Source: Candidatus Uhrbacteria bacterium CG_4_9_14_3_um_filter_41_35 (GTDB lineage: Bacteria; Patescibacteriota; Patescibacteriia; UBA9934). Taken from it: a stretch of DNA of 64,000 nt. The notes under the pieces are model-generated. The model was given only the letters and a program-made list of their open reading frames with translations, was not told the origin of the DNA and did no database searches. A program made the position numbers and the translations under genes. Below are positions 30,205 to 39,504 of this stretch, one piece after another; the first letter of the stretch is position 1; each line of letters begins with the position of its first letter. The stretch is taken from NCBI GenBank assembly GCA_002791275.1, contig PFWT01000009.1:8797-72796 (forward strand). Direction: 5' to 3'.

Positions 30205-30483
30205 AATTAAAAACTCAACTTCGGGTGATCAACCTCGAAGTCGCCGAAGTGGTGGAAACCGAGGTTTTGGTCGAGGTGCTCGATCAGGCGGACCTGGTCG
30301 AAATAAGCCAAGCCACCGAAGAAGTGGTGGCGGTAGAAATGCCGACCGTTCAGGTGGAGCTCGAACTTCAGAGCGACCAGCCGGAGATCGAAGAACAAGC
30401 GGTGGAAATTCAAGTAGCCGACCAGCCGGGCAAAGTGCACCAAGATTTGGTGCTCGCAAGTCAGGAACTGGCGGAGCTCGAAA
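30205..30483 (+). pseudogene. 279-bp duplicated fragment of the DEAD-box helicase 3-prime coding end (RGG tail), no start codon; inverted repeat partner of 40042-40320
   Basis: Identical (1 mismatch) to the reverse complement of 40042-40320. The helicase reading frame is open but preceded by an in-frame TAA with no ATG. Confidence 0.8.
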
Positions 30484-30856
30484 AACTTCTACACCGAGCG
30501 GATGTTCTCGCCTACACCTCACCGGGAGGCATCGAGGTACTCGATGCCTCCCACCCATCTTGGGAGGATTTCGAGCGAAAAATAATAAAAAAAATCCTCA
30601 AACACAACATTATGCGCTTTTTTTGTTTCTTAAAAATTCAGTCATCTTTATCGTCAAAAAAATATCTTGGTATGTGTTACCGCGACTCATGACGTCGTAA
30701 CGGGCACCCAGGTATTTAATATGGAGTGTTCTTACGATACAAATTCATTATAAAAAAACACACCTCTCGACCTGACTCCATTTTTATTGACAAAATACCA
30801 TAGCAGATGTAAGTTAACGCGTTGTAATTTTACAACAGATCAAAAAAGAGGCTCAA

Positions 30857-32314
30857 ATGAACCCACGTACCGTTTTTTCAGTTGGCTCACCTCCGGAGTT
30901 TTTTGCTGACCTTGCCTTGAGAATTGCGAAAAATCGAGGCGTGAAACAAAAATCGTGTATCAATAGGGTTGAACTTAGCATCCTCATTCGTGATTTCTAT
31001 TCTGAACGTCATTTTGAAAAGGCGAAGGAAAAGGCTGGTCATGTGATTAGGTTTTTACTAGGAGAGGAAATCTTGATCACAGGCGAGAAGTCTGATGGGA
31101 AAAGTATGTTTTGGGTTGATTCTGATCAGCTGGTTAAGCTACGAAAGAAGATACTTGATCAGACTCAGACGTACACAGTTTCAACTCTTGATCAGAGTGA
31201 GCGAATCGCTAGACTTAGGCAGAGCGCTTCTGATCGAAAGCAGAGCGATCGTGAATATCCTCAGAAAACTCAGAATCAGGTAACGAAAGTGAAGCCACAA
31301 ATTTTAAATATCTCGGAAGTGGTGCCTCAACCCAGTCAGTCAGGAGACGCAATGACCGGGATTCCGTGTAAGTGGCGGTTGTACCTCACGCCAGTAGAAT
31401 TCGTCTGCTGGACCATTATCCAGCGGCAAGAGTATCCACCTGATTCGAATATGCCTGAGATTAGATTTTCTCTGGGCATGAACGGAAACATCACAGATCG
31501 GGAAGTGGCGGACTACAATATTTCCCTTGAAGATTTGAGTGTGTTTTTGTCTCGATGCGAGGCGGCAGGACTCATTCAGTTTTCTACGCGAAACATGGAG
31601 TTCGTTACTTATAAAGTTTTGGAAGATTTTGCTATTTTCGAACCCTTTGAAATTCCTGATCGTCCAATAGTTTCGTATAAGCACGATATTGAACAGATTG
31701 CCGATTGGATTGTGGCTGCGCACCGAGCGGGTCATTTTGATGAGGCAGGTGAGTTCGCGTGCAACGGCGATTATCTTAAGCCGATTCGTCTGTGGCTGAG
31801 GGAAAACTTCAAAACGGATAGCTATGAGCTGATTAGAATCATCCGGGATTACACAGAGAATAAACAGATAAATTCTCGATATATTGGTATTGTGAATACT
31901 GATATGGATGGGCGATTGCTGGTGGCTTGGCCACTTTTCGAATCAGTCTGGTTCAGAAAAAACCATCTAGCCGGTAAACTGACGAAAAACAAAACTCCGG
32001 CAGTTGTCGTTGGTAAGACGTCTGAAGTGGTAGAAGAGAAGCTACCTGAGCCTGTAAAGGTTAGTGGTATGGCTTTGGAAGTACTGAGTGAGGAAGTGGC
32101 TCTTTGCGAGGAGCAGGTTGAATCGCTAAAGAGGTGTCAGGAGGACCTGAAAGCACAGCTGGAGGCGATCGATCAAGAGATTGACGCTGCAGAAAGCTTG
32201 TTGTGTGAAGCCTCTAAGCGAAAAGAGGAAATGACCGGGCGCATTGCTGCACTCCAGCGTTTGCAGAGTCTCGAACAAGAGGCTGCTGCAATTCGTAAGC
32301 AGTTCAATCTGTAG
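30857..32314 (+). CDS. Hypothetical 485-aa protein with C-terminal coiled coil; compositionally GC-rich
   Basis: Long ORF with no recognisable catalytic motif. GC about 48%. C-terminal heptad repeats (EEQVESLKRCQEDLKAQLEAIDQEIDAAESL). Confidence 0.5.
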   Translation: MNPRTVFSVGSPPEFFADLALRIAKNRGVKQKSCINRVELSILIRDFYSERHFEKAKEKAGHVIRFLLGEEILITGEKSDGKSMFWVDSDQLVKLRKKILDQTQTYTVSTLDQSERIARLRQSASDRKQSDREYPQKTQNQVTKVKPQILNISEVVPQPSQSGDAMTGIPCKWRLYLTPVEFVCWTIIQRQEYPPDSNMPEIRFSLGMNGNITDREVADYNISLEDLSVFLSRCEAAGLIQFSTRNMEFVTYKVLEDFAIFEPFEIPDRPIVSYKHDIEQIADWIVAAHRAGHFDEAGEFACNGDYLKPIRLWLRENFKTDSYELIRIIRDYTENKQINSRYIGIVNTDMDGRLLVAWPLFESVWFRKNHLAGKLTKNKTPAVVVGKTSEVVEEKLPEPVKVSGMALEVLSEEVALCEEQVESLKRCQEDLKAQLEAIDQEIDAAESLLCEASKRKEEMTGRIAALQRLQSLEQEAAAIRKQFNL

Positions 32315-32443
32315 CCCCATAACCTAGAGTGTCAGCAATAGTTGGCACTCTTTTTATATTCAAAATATTGTAGTTAGTAAACGGTTGGCAGGAACTGTAG
32401 GGGGACGTACAATGAAAGGGCGTTTCACTAACCCCAATATTTT

Positions 32444-32989
32444 ATGAAGAAATCTTTACTTTTACTTTTGATTGTTGTACTAATTGGGGTGGCTGCTGGA
32501 ATTTGGTGGCTACCAAAAAATAAGGTGCAAAAGCCTTGGGCAACTAATTTTGCTGAATGTGTTGCGCTTGGAAATCCGTTAATGGAGTCATACCCACGGC
32601 AGTGCCGTAGTGGAGATATTACTTTTACTGAGGATATTGGTGATCAGCTAAATAAAATGGACTCAGTTATACTTGAAAACCCGCTACCAAACCAAACTGT
32701 TACAAGTCCGCTAGTTGTAAAAGGGCAAGCGCGAGGTAGCTGGTTTTTTGAAGGTAGTTTCCCAGTTATACTCGTGAATTGGGATGGCCTGATTATTGCG
32801 GAGGGTATTGCGACAGCTAAGACCGACTGGATGACCACAGATTTTGTTGAGTTTGAAGGAGAGCTAACGTTTGTAGTTGACGAAAATGTTTACAGTAACC
32901 GCGGGGCTTTGATATTGAAAAAAGATAATCCCTCAGGTCTACCAGAAAATGATGATGCGCTCGAGATTCCGGTAATACTGGTAGAATAA
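32444..32989 (+). CDS. Secreted/anchored protein with possible Gmad2-type Ig-like domain
   Basis: Signal/anchor MKKSLLLLLIVVLIGVAAGIWWL. C-terminal NPLPNQTVTSPLVVKGQARGSWFFEGSFPVILVNWDG pattern similar to Gmad2 domains. Confidence 0.35.
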   Translation: MKKSLLLLLIVVLIGVAAGIWWLPKNKVQKPWATNFAECVALGNPLMESYPRQCRSGDITFTEDIGDQLNKMDSVILENPLPNQTVTSPLVVKGQARGSWFFEGSFPVILVNWDGLIIAEGIATAKTDWMTTDFVEFEGELTFVVDENVYSNRGALILKKDNPSGLPENDDALEIPVILVE

Positions 32990-33024
32990 TAACAGACAAT
33001 TTATTATATTTTACTCACCAGGTT

Positions 33025-33288
33025 TTGAGTAAAAATTTAACATTACATAAACATATGTTTGGCAAGAAAGGGCCTAAAACAGAAACAGGAGCAGATCACG
33101 TAGATGTTGGAAAAGTTTTGCAAGAGATTGCAGGGGTTCGAGCGCAGTTATACGCAACAGGAGCTGTTGATAGTGAGCCTGAGGTACTTAATCAAATTGA
33201 GCGTGATGTGATTGCAGTCAAGATTTCACCTAGCGAAGCGCTTGCTAGAGTGAGAGGCGTTTTAGCTGGACGTCAGGATTATCATTAG
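33025..33288 (+). CDS. Small hypothetical protein
   Basis: 87-aa ORF between annotated genes. No homology recognised. Confidence 0.3.
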   Translation: MSKNLTLHKHMFGKKGPKTETGADHVDVGKVLQEIAGVRAQLYATGAVDSEPEVLNQIERDVIAVKISPSEALARVRGVLAGRQDYH

Positions 33289-33319
33289 GTAGCTTGTTTT
33301 AAAAGTTAAACTGGAAGTT

Positions 33320-34123
33320 ATGAAGAAAAAACTTAAAATAATCTCCTGGAACGTGAATGGAATTCGGGCGGTGATTCGGAAAGATGCTTTTTTGCCGTTT
33401 GTCCAGAAGTCTGAACCGGATATTCTTTGCGTGCAGGAAACTAAGGCAACAAAGGGGCAGGCGGAAATTGATTTACCCGAGTATGAGGAGATTTGGAATT
33501 CAGCTCAAAAAAAGGGTTACGCTGGCACGGCAATTTTCACGAAAATAAAACCGCTGTCAATAATCTATGACATCCAAGGGACGAAAAGTGAGCGGTTTGC
33601 AGATACTTTTGGAAACACGTTAACCGAAGGTCGGGTGATTACGGCAGAATTTGAAAAGTTTTATTTAGTTACGGTGTACACACCAAACTCCAAGTGTGAT
33701 CTCGAACGTTTAAAATATCGGCATGAAGTTTGGGACCCAGAATTTTTGTCATTCATTAAAAAACTTGAAGAAACTAAACCAGTTATTTTTTGCGGGGATT
33801 TAAATGCGGCCCATAAAGAAATTGATCTTGCTCGGCCAAAAGACAATAAAAAGAACGCTGGCTTTACTGCGCAAGAAAGAGAAGGAATAGACAAAATAGT
33901 TTCGGCAGGTTTTGTGGATACTTTTAGACACTTTTTTCCAGAAAAAACGGGTGTTTATTCTTGGTGGAGTAATTTTCGGCAAGCACGCGAGCGGAATGTC
34001 GGTTGGCGGATTGATTATTTCTTTGTTAGTGAAAAATTGAAAAAAAATTTAGTTAGTGCTGAAATTCACGATAAAATTATGGGTTCAGACCACTGCCCAG
34101 TTGAAATTGTGATTGAAATATAA
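33320..34123 (+). CDS. xth: Exodeoxyribonuclease III (AP endonuclease, Xth family)
   Basis: N-terminal ISWNVNGIRA, the catalytic DxN/H residues and C-terminal GSDHCPV. Confidence 0.9.
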   Translation: MKKKLKIISWNVNGIRAVIRKDAFLPFVQKSEPDILCVQETKATKGQAEIDLPEYEEIWNSAQKKGYAGTAIFTKIKPLSIIYDIQGTKSERFADTFGNTLTEGRVITAEFEKFYLVTVYTPNSKCDLERLKYRHEVWDPEFLSFIKKLEETKPVIFCGDLNAAHKEIDLARPKDNKKNAGFTAQEREGIDKIVSAGFVDTFRHFFPEKTGVYSWWSNFRQARERNVGWRIDYFFVSEKLKKNLVSAEIHDKIMGSDHCPVEIVIEI

Positions 34124-34186
34124 GACTGTTATTGACTAACCCTAGATGATTTTGGTACTATATTAAAAATTATTATTATCAATAAT

Positions 34187-34282
34187 ATGGCTAAAGGCTT
34201 AAACTCAAGAAAAAACGTAAAAAAACCTAAAAAAGACGCGGTAAAAAAAGGTGAGAAGAAACAGACAGGCGGAATTCTGTAA
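34187..34282 (+). CDS. Tiny lysine-rich ORF (31 aa, MAKGLNSRKNVKKPKKDAVKKGEKKQTGGIL)
   Basis: Not in the ORF track because of its length. Followed immediately by a strong terminator hairpin (aatgagtcc/ggactcatt). Confidence 0.3.
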   Translation: MAKGLNSRKNVKKPKKDAVKKGEKKQTGGIL

Positions 34283-34287
34283 AAACA

Positions 34288-34315
34288 AATGAGTCCACTC
34301 GGACTCATTTTTGTT
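34288..34315 (+). terminator. Rho-independent terminator
   Basis: 9-bp stem aatgagtcc/ggactcatt with actc loop, followed by TTTTGTT. Confidence 0.65.
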
Positions 34316-34393
34316 ACCTTGTGAATGTTGAGTTTGGGGTATACTATGTAAGTATTCTAATATTTAGTTGGTTTAAATTATCTAAACAATAAT

Positions 34394-34780
34394 ATGAATG
34401 GTTTTATTGTAAACATTGAAAAGGAGACTCTGGATAATTCAGACTACCGCCGAGTGCTTTACACCGCAAAAAATTCTCAGCTTGTACTTATGAATATTCA
34501 GCCAGGCGGAGAGATTGGTATGGAAGTGCATCATCTTGATCAGTTTTTACGAATCGAACAGGGTGAGGCAGAAGTGAGTTTAGATGGAGTTTTACATAAA
34601 ATCGGAACTGATTTTGCGGTGGTTGTACCAGCGGGTACGGCACATAACTTTGTAAACACGGGTGATATTGAACTGAAGCTTTACTCTATCTATTCACCAC
34701 CAGAACATAAGGACGGAATAGTTGAACATAACAAAGCGGACGAAATTGAAGAACATTTTGACGGTAAAACGACGGAGTAA
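34394..34780 (+). CDS. Cupin-domain protein
   Basis: Cupin_2 motifs G(x)5HxH (MEVHHLDQ) and AHNFVNTGD. Confidence 0.6.
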   Translation: MNGFIVNIEKETLDNSDYRRVLYTAKNSQLVLMNIQPGGEIGMEVHHLDQFLRIEQGEAEVSLDGVLHKIGTDFAVVVPAGTAHNFVNTGDIELKLYSIYSPPEHKDGIVEHNKADEIEEHFDGKTTE

Positions 34781-34792
34781 AATAAAAAGTAT

Positions 34793-35761
34793 ATGGCAAA
34801 ACAAGAATCAAAAAAATCAGATAGTCGAAGTTCGGCGAAGGATGTCTTCTCCTACCTGCTCATGGTGAGTATGCTGTATGTAGGGGTAGTAAGCTTCATC
34901 ACAATGCTGTGGCAATATACCAACGTACAGTTCCCCGATCCATTAGAGCTGTACTATAATGGTTCGCTTGAAATGATCAGGGGTGCGATCTCGGCTCTAG
35001 TGATTGTTTGGCCGGTGATGATGGGTATGTCTTGGCTGATCAATAAGGATATTAAAAATGATAAGCATAAAAAGAATTTGTGGATCCGTAAATGGTTACT
35101 TTACTTAACGCTGTTTATTTCTGCGCTTACGATCATTGTAGATCTAATCTCGGTTACGAATAATTTTTTAAGTGGTGAGTTAACGACTAGATTTGCGCTT
35201 AAGATTGTTATTGTTTTAGTGGTTGCGCTTGCAGTTTTTAGTTACTATATGTGGGAACTGCAACGAGATGTCCAAGAAAAGACGCTCATTCCAAAAATTT
35301 CGGCAACAGTTACTTCGGTTTTGATTGTTGCTTTTGTGATTATCGGTTTCTTTATTGTGGGCTCGCCAAAGTCTCAACGTGCGGTACGTATGGATAATCA
35401 GAGAGTTTCTGATTTGCAATCGATCCAATACCAAATCTTAAATCATTGGCAACAAAAAGAAATATTGCCGACAAATATTGAGGCGCTAAAGGATCCACTT
35501 TATGGAGTCGAGATGCAAAAGGATCCAATAACTGGCACGGCTTATGAATATGTAGTGACTGGTGAGTTAAGCTTCAAACTCTGTGCAACGTTCAGTGCAA
35601 GTAGTCAGATGCCAGGCGCGTCTTATAGTACAGCTCCAGTAATGATTGATTATAGTGGTTATGGTCGAGATATGATGAACGAAAGTTGGTTTCATGATAA
35701 TGGGTATACCTGTTTTGACAGAGCTATTGATCCAGAACTTTACAAACCAATTAAAAATTAA
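34793..35761 (+). CDS. Hypothetical membrane protein
   Basis: About 5 TM helices in the N-terminal two-thirds. Soluble C-terminal domain with no recognised family. Confidence 0.45.
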   Translation: MAKQESKKSDSRSSAKDVFSYLLMVSMLYVGVVSFITMLWQYTNVQFPDPLELYYNGSLEMIRGAISALVIVWPVMMGMSWLINKDIKNDKHKKNLWIRKWLLYLTLFISALTIIVDLISVTNNFLSGELTTRFALKIVIVLVVALAVFSYYMWELQRDVQEKTLIPKISATVTSVLIVAFVIIGFFIVGSPKSQRAVRMDNQRVSDLQSIQYQILNHWQQKEILPTNIEALKDPLYGVEMQKDPITGTAYEYVVTGELSFKLCATFSASSQMPGASYSTAPVMIDYSGYGRDMMNESWFHDNGYTCFDRAIDPELYKPIKN

Positions 35762-35768
35762 GAAAATA

Positions 35769-35798
35769 AAAAAGATCATCGCGCGATGATCTTTTTTT
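35769..35798. terminator. Bidirectional rho-independent terminator (perfect palindrome)
   Basis: agatcatcgc/gcgatgatct perfect 10-bp arms flanked by A- and T-runs, between convergent genes. Confidence 0.7.
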
Positions 35799-35803
35799 GA
35801 AAA

Positions 35804-36109
35804 TTATATTTTTTTATCGCGATTAATTTTTGCGTCTCGTGCTCTAGTTACCAAGAAGATAAAGACAATATACGCAACTGCGTAAATTAAGTATTCCGTG
35901 ATTTCAGCCCAATCTTTTCCCTCGAGCAACGTAAAACTTTCGCGCGCAACGTGCCAAAGTCTAGACACTGCAATGAATCCAAGAGTCCAAACGGTCGCTC
36001 GCATAGCGCTATAAGTTAAACCTTTGCGCATTGAGTATTCCGCTGCCACAGTTGCCGCGATTGCAAGAACGGCAGTTAGAACCGAGATTACGAAATAAAA
36101 TGAGAACAT
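35804..36109 (-). CDS. Small hypothetical membrane protein
   Basis: Three hydrophobic helices. Confidence 0.4.
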   Translation of the reverse strand: MFSFYFVISVLTAVLAIAATVAAEYSMRKGLTYSAMRATVWTLGFIAVSRLWHVARESFTLLEGKDWAEITEYLIYAVAYIVFIFLVTRARDAKINRDKKI

Positions 36110-36236
36110 ATATTTATTGAAATTGTTATAGCTTAAGTATACACCGATATTAAATTTATGCGAAGAAGATCAACCCCAGGTTAAGCCTGGGGTTATTATT
36201 TGATTTAATTTGATTTGCAAGTTTTTTATTTATTAT

Positions 36237-36287
36237 CTAAGACTGAGTTGCAGATGCGACTTAGTCGCATCTGCAACTCAGTCTTAG
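36237..36287. repeat. 24-bp perfect inverted repeat (palindrome) with 3-nt loop
   Basis: CTAAGACTGAGTTGCAGATGCGAC tta GTCGCATCTGCAACTCAGTCTTAG, with no T-run following. It lies between a 9-bp-stem hairpin (36170-36192) and the repeat cluster. Confidence 0.85.
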
Positions 36288-36362
36288 TTTGTGAGCATTT
36301 TATACTTACAAGGATTGTGTTTTATTTTTTCCAACATCGGACAAATTAGACAACGCACCAAA

Positions 36363-36950
36363 CTGTTATTCAGATCCTGGCGTGAACCACGGCGAAGAAT
36401 CTCATTACTGAATCACCAAATAAATGTCGGTTTAGTAAAGGGCGAAGGAGATCCTTCAGCGTGAATCGGCGCTCGCTTCAGGATGACGGTATGAGTGAGG
36501 GACAACTAATTATAACAACGACATAAAAAATTACATCGCATCATTAAAACCAAATCGTCATTCTGCGCCTAGTGTGAATCACGGCGAAGAATCTCATCAT
36601 CTCCTCATTCAGAGCCTAGCGTTTGGCACTTTGAAGAATCTAACCAAATCGTCATTCTGAGGTGAACGTGGATCACACCGAAGAATCTCATTACTGAATC
36701 ACCAAGCAAATGTCTGTTTAGTAAAGGGCGAAGGAGATCCTTCAGCGTAACCTGGCGCTCGCTTCAGGATGACGGTATGAGTGCGGGTCAAAATAATACA
36801 ATTACACCAAACAAACCAAACCGTCATTCTGAGGTGAACGTGGACCACACCGAAGAATCTCAGTGTTGAATTACAGCGTAAACAAGTCTCGATTCAGCAC
36901 AAACGAAGGAGATCCTTCAGTGTGAATCGTCGTCAGCTTCAGGATGACGG
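36363..36950. repeat. Cluster of three tandem MITE-like composite repeat units with conserved linkers (locus C)
   Basis: Units 36363-36489, 36555-36774 (three head modules) and 36821-36950. Each ends CTTCAGGATGACGG and is followed by a TATGAGTG...AAAACCAAA linker. Unit identity above 85%. Confidence 0.85.
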
Positions 36951-37045
36951 TTTGAGTGAAGGATTACAAATTTCTTTAAAAATTTAACAATCGACCAGTC
37001 AATTAAGTTGCTACAACTGTAAAAAAATGATAGATTCTGTCTATT

Positions 37046-38842
37046 ATGGCGAAGCCGTTACTTGAAGCTAAAAACATTTATAAAAAATACGGTCTCCAGC
37101 TTGTTCTTGACGACCTTTCTTTTCAGGTATCCGAGGGTTCAAAAATTGCTTTGATTGGCCGAAATGGAGCTGGGAAGTCAACACTTCTTAAGATTCTACT
37201 CGGAGATATTGAAATGGATAGGGGTAGTGTTAATATTTTTGAGTGGACGCGGGTTGGGGTTATTCATCAAAATGAGGTACTGCCAAACGATAGATCAACG
37301 CTCACTTATCTTGAAGAGAAAAGTGCGAAGCCATCTTGGGAGGTGAAAAAAATGGGTTCAAAATTTGGTCTGCACGAAGATCATATGTCAAAAGCGCCGG
37401 CTGAACTTTCAGGTGGTTACCAGATGCGAATTAAATTAGTGGTAATGTTTTTAGATGAGCCAAATTTATTATTTCTTGATGAGCCGGTTAACTATTTGGA
37501 TCTACAAACATTACTTCTACTCGAAGCTGTATTAGCTGACTATCGCGGCAGTTTTATCGTGGTAGCTCACGATATGACGTTTTTGCAAAACACTTGTGAT
37601 TCAGTTTTTGAAATTGAAAGAGGGGTGCTTACAACTTATAAGGGCAGAGTGCAGGAATATTTGGACTGGAAGGCGGAGCAAATGGAGTACGCTAAACGGA
37701 TGAATAAAAAACTTTCGAAAGAAATTCAACATAACCAAAAATTCGTGGATAGGTTTAGCGCCAAGGCAAGTTTGGCAAGTAGAGCTCAGAATAAAGCAAA
37801 ACACATTACTAAATTGCGCTCAAAAATAATGAAGATTAATGCAGATTTAGCAACTACGCGAATAAAGATTGCTTCACCACAGGTTCATTCTGGGCTGGCT
37901 ATGCGGACTCAGGATCTGGCAATTGGCTATGGCGAAAATGTTATCGCAAAAAATATTAGTTTTGATATTATGCGCGGTGAAAAAGTTGTGATCGCTGGAG
38001 AGAACGGGCGCGGTAAATCAACATTACTAAAAACTCTTATCCATAAAATTGAGCCAATTGAGGGTTCGGTGAAGTGGTGGAAACATGCGGATATTGGCTA
38101 TTACGACCAGATGACGAGCAGCTCACTTAATGATAGAGATACTGTTATGACTCATCTAACAAGTTGCGCACCAAGTACTACGCCAGCAGAACAGATCTTG
38201 ATGATGGCCGGAAATTTTTTGTTTAAAGGTGATGATCTAGATAAGCGGGTAACGGTTTTATCGGGAGGTGAAAGGGCTCGGCTAGCTTTAGCTGGCGTGT
38301 TGCTTCGGACTCACAATATGCTTATACTTGACGAGCCCACTAACCATATGGATGTGCAAACAGCTGAAGGTTTGGCGCTGGCGCTTAAGTCGTATACCGG
38401 AACAATTATTTTCGTTTCACATGCTCGAACTTTTGTTAGCGCATTGGTTGATCGGATTTTAGAAGTGAGAAATGGTTCTGTTCGCGAGTATAATGGTTCT
38501 TACGATGATTATGTTGAGGATTTAGCGGAGTTAATGGAATCTGAATCAATGCTCGATGATCAACAAGCGGTTAAAGACCGAACTAAACGTCTTGAAAATA
38601 ATGCAGAAAGGCTTGAAAGGAATACACGCTTGCGTGAGTTGAGCCGAAGTATTAAAAAAATAGATCTAAAAATATCTGAACTGGAAAAGGAAAAGAGTAA
38701 GATTTTGAAATTCTTTTTTGATAACCCAACTGACTACGCTCCTGAAAAAGCTCAGCGTTTAGCAGAGCTTGGTGATGAACTCGCTCATCTTGAACAAGAC
38801 TGGCTTAAATTTTCAGAAGATGTTGAAAGACTTAGAAAGTAG
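37046..38842 (+). CDS. ABC-F family ATPase with C-terminal coiled-coil extension
   Basis: Walker A GRNGAGKST / GENGRGKST, signatures LSGGYQMR / LSGGERAR, and about 100 aa of K/E-rich coiled coil at the C-terminus. Confidence 0.85.
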   Translation: MAKPLLEAKNIYKKYGLQLVLDDLSFQVSEGSKIALIGRNGAGKSTLLKILLGDIEMDRGSVNIFEWTRVGVIHQNEVLPNDRSTLTYLEEKSAKPSWEVKKMGSKFGLHEDHMSKAPAELSGGYQMRIKLVVMFLDEPNLLFLDEPVNYLDLQTLLLLEAVLADYRGSFIVVAHDMTFLQNTCDSVFEIERGVLTTYKGRVQEYLDWKAEQMEYAKRMNKKLSKEIQHNQKFVDRFSAKASLASRAQNKAKHITKLRSKIMKINADLATTRIKIASPQVHSGLAMRTQDLAIGYGENVIAKNISFDIMRGEKVVIAGENGRGKSTLLKTLIHKIEPIEGSVKWWKHADIGYYDQMTSSSLNDRDTVMTHLTSCAPSTTPAEQILMMAGNFLFKGDDLDKRVTVLSGGERARLALAGVLLRTHNMLILDEPTNHMDVQTAEGLALALKSYTGTIIFVSHARTFVSALVDRILEVRNGSVREYNGSYDDYVEDLAELMESESMLDDQQAVKDRTKRLENNAERLERNTRLRELSRSIKKIDLKISELEKEKSKILKFFFDNPTDYAPEKAQRLAELGDELAHLEQDWLKFSEDVERLRK

Positions 38843-38889
38843 ATACCTGAACTATTTTACTAAAGAAAAAATGAGGTATAATATTTATT

Positions 38890-39102
38890 ATGAATATAGA
38901 AAAAAATATTAATGTTATCCTTGGAATTTTTCTCGGTATTATTCTGGCCGTAGTTATCTGGAATCTGGTTTTTATTCACAAACTTACAGACGACGCTACT
39001 AGTCTGATTGAAGCAGAGCATCAAAGTTTATCGCCAGATAAGGGTGATGCAATTCTCGAAAGCACAAGTGTAGCAACGGAAGTTTTAATTTCTGTAGAAT
39101 AA
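38890..39102 (+). CDS. Small membrane protein (hypothetical)
   Basis: Single TM helix INVILGIFLGIILAVVIWNLVFI. Confidence 0.3.
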   Translation: MNIEKNINVILGIFLGIILAVVIWNLVFIHKLTDDATSLIEAEHQSLSPDKGDAILESTSVATEVLISVE

Positions 39103-39131
39103 AATAACTACACTTTGTAGTTATTTTTTTG
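39102..39131. terminator. Bidirectional rho-independent terminator
   Basis: ataactaca/tgtagttat stem with a T-run. Confidence 0.55.
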
Positions 39132-39132
39132 T

Positions 39133-39474
39133 TTAGCTAACAACTTTTATCCCTCTGAGACCAAAAACAATAAGAAAAAGAATGAAGATTTTTAAAAGAT
39201 AATAGCCATTTAAATCAAGAAAATGCTCGGTCATCGGTGTCATAGAACCAACGAGAAGGTGTACAGAGATCCCCAGGGGAAGTGCCCAGATTACCCAACT
39301 TATTTCCGGAATAATTACACCTGCACGTAGTGCTAGTTTTGAAAGCCAAGGTGCGAGTAGCCACATCGCCAAAAAGGTGAGCGCCAGATCGAAAATCGCA
39401 TAACTAAAAATTCGTGGCTGACGTAGAGTGGAGATGATATTCATATATAAAAATAATAGCACAAAACAAAACAA
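39133..39474 (-). CDS. Hypothetical membrane protein
   Basis: Three to four TM helices. Confidence 0.4.
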   Translation of the reverse strand: MFCFVLLFLYMNIISTLRQPRIFSYAIFDLALTFLAMWLLAPWLSKLALRAGVIIPEISWVIWALPLGISVHLLVGSMTPMTEHFLDLNGYYLLKIFILFLIVFGLRGIKVVS

Positions 39475-39496
39475 CCACCCTTGGGTGGTTGTTCAT
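39462..39496 (-). terminator. Rho-independent terminator of the Gly/Arg-rich zinc-ribbon gene
   Basis: aacaaccaccc/gggtggttgtt stem followed on the minus strand by TTTTGTTTTG. Confidence 0.6.
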
Positions 39497-39504
39497 ACTT
39501 CTGT

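Noticed and set aside
30225-30692. ORF-track CDS 30225..30692 (MINLEVAEVVETEVLVEV...) and its twin 39998..40327, plus antisense ORFs 30229..30558, 30207..30443, 40022..40318 and 40039..40296.
   Set aside because: All are alternative-frame or antisense readings of the GC-rich RGG-tail coding repeat. Their identity between loci merely reflects the 279-bp DNA duplication. The low-complexity E/V or P/R-rich translations are typical frame artefacts.
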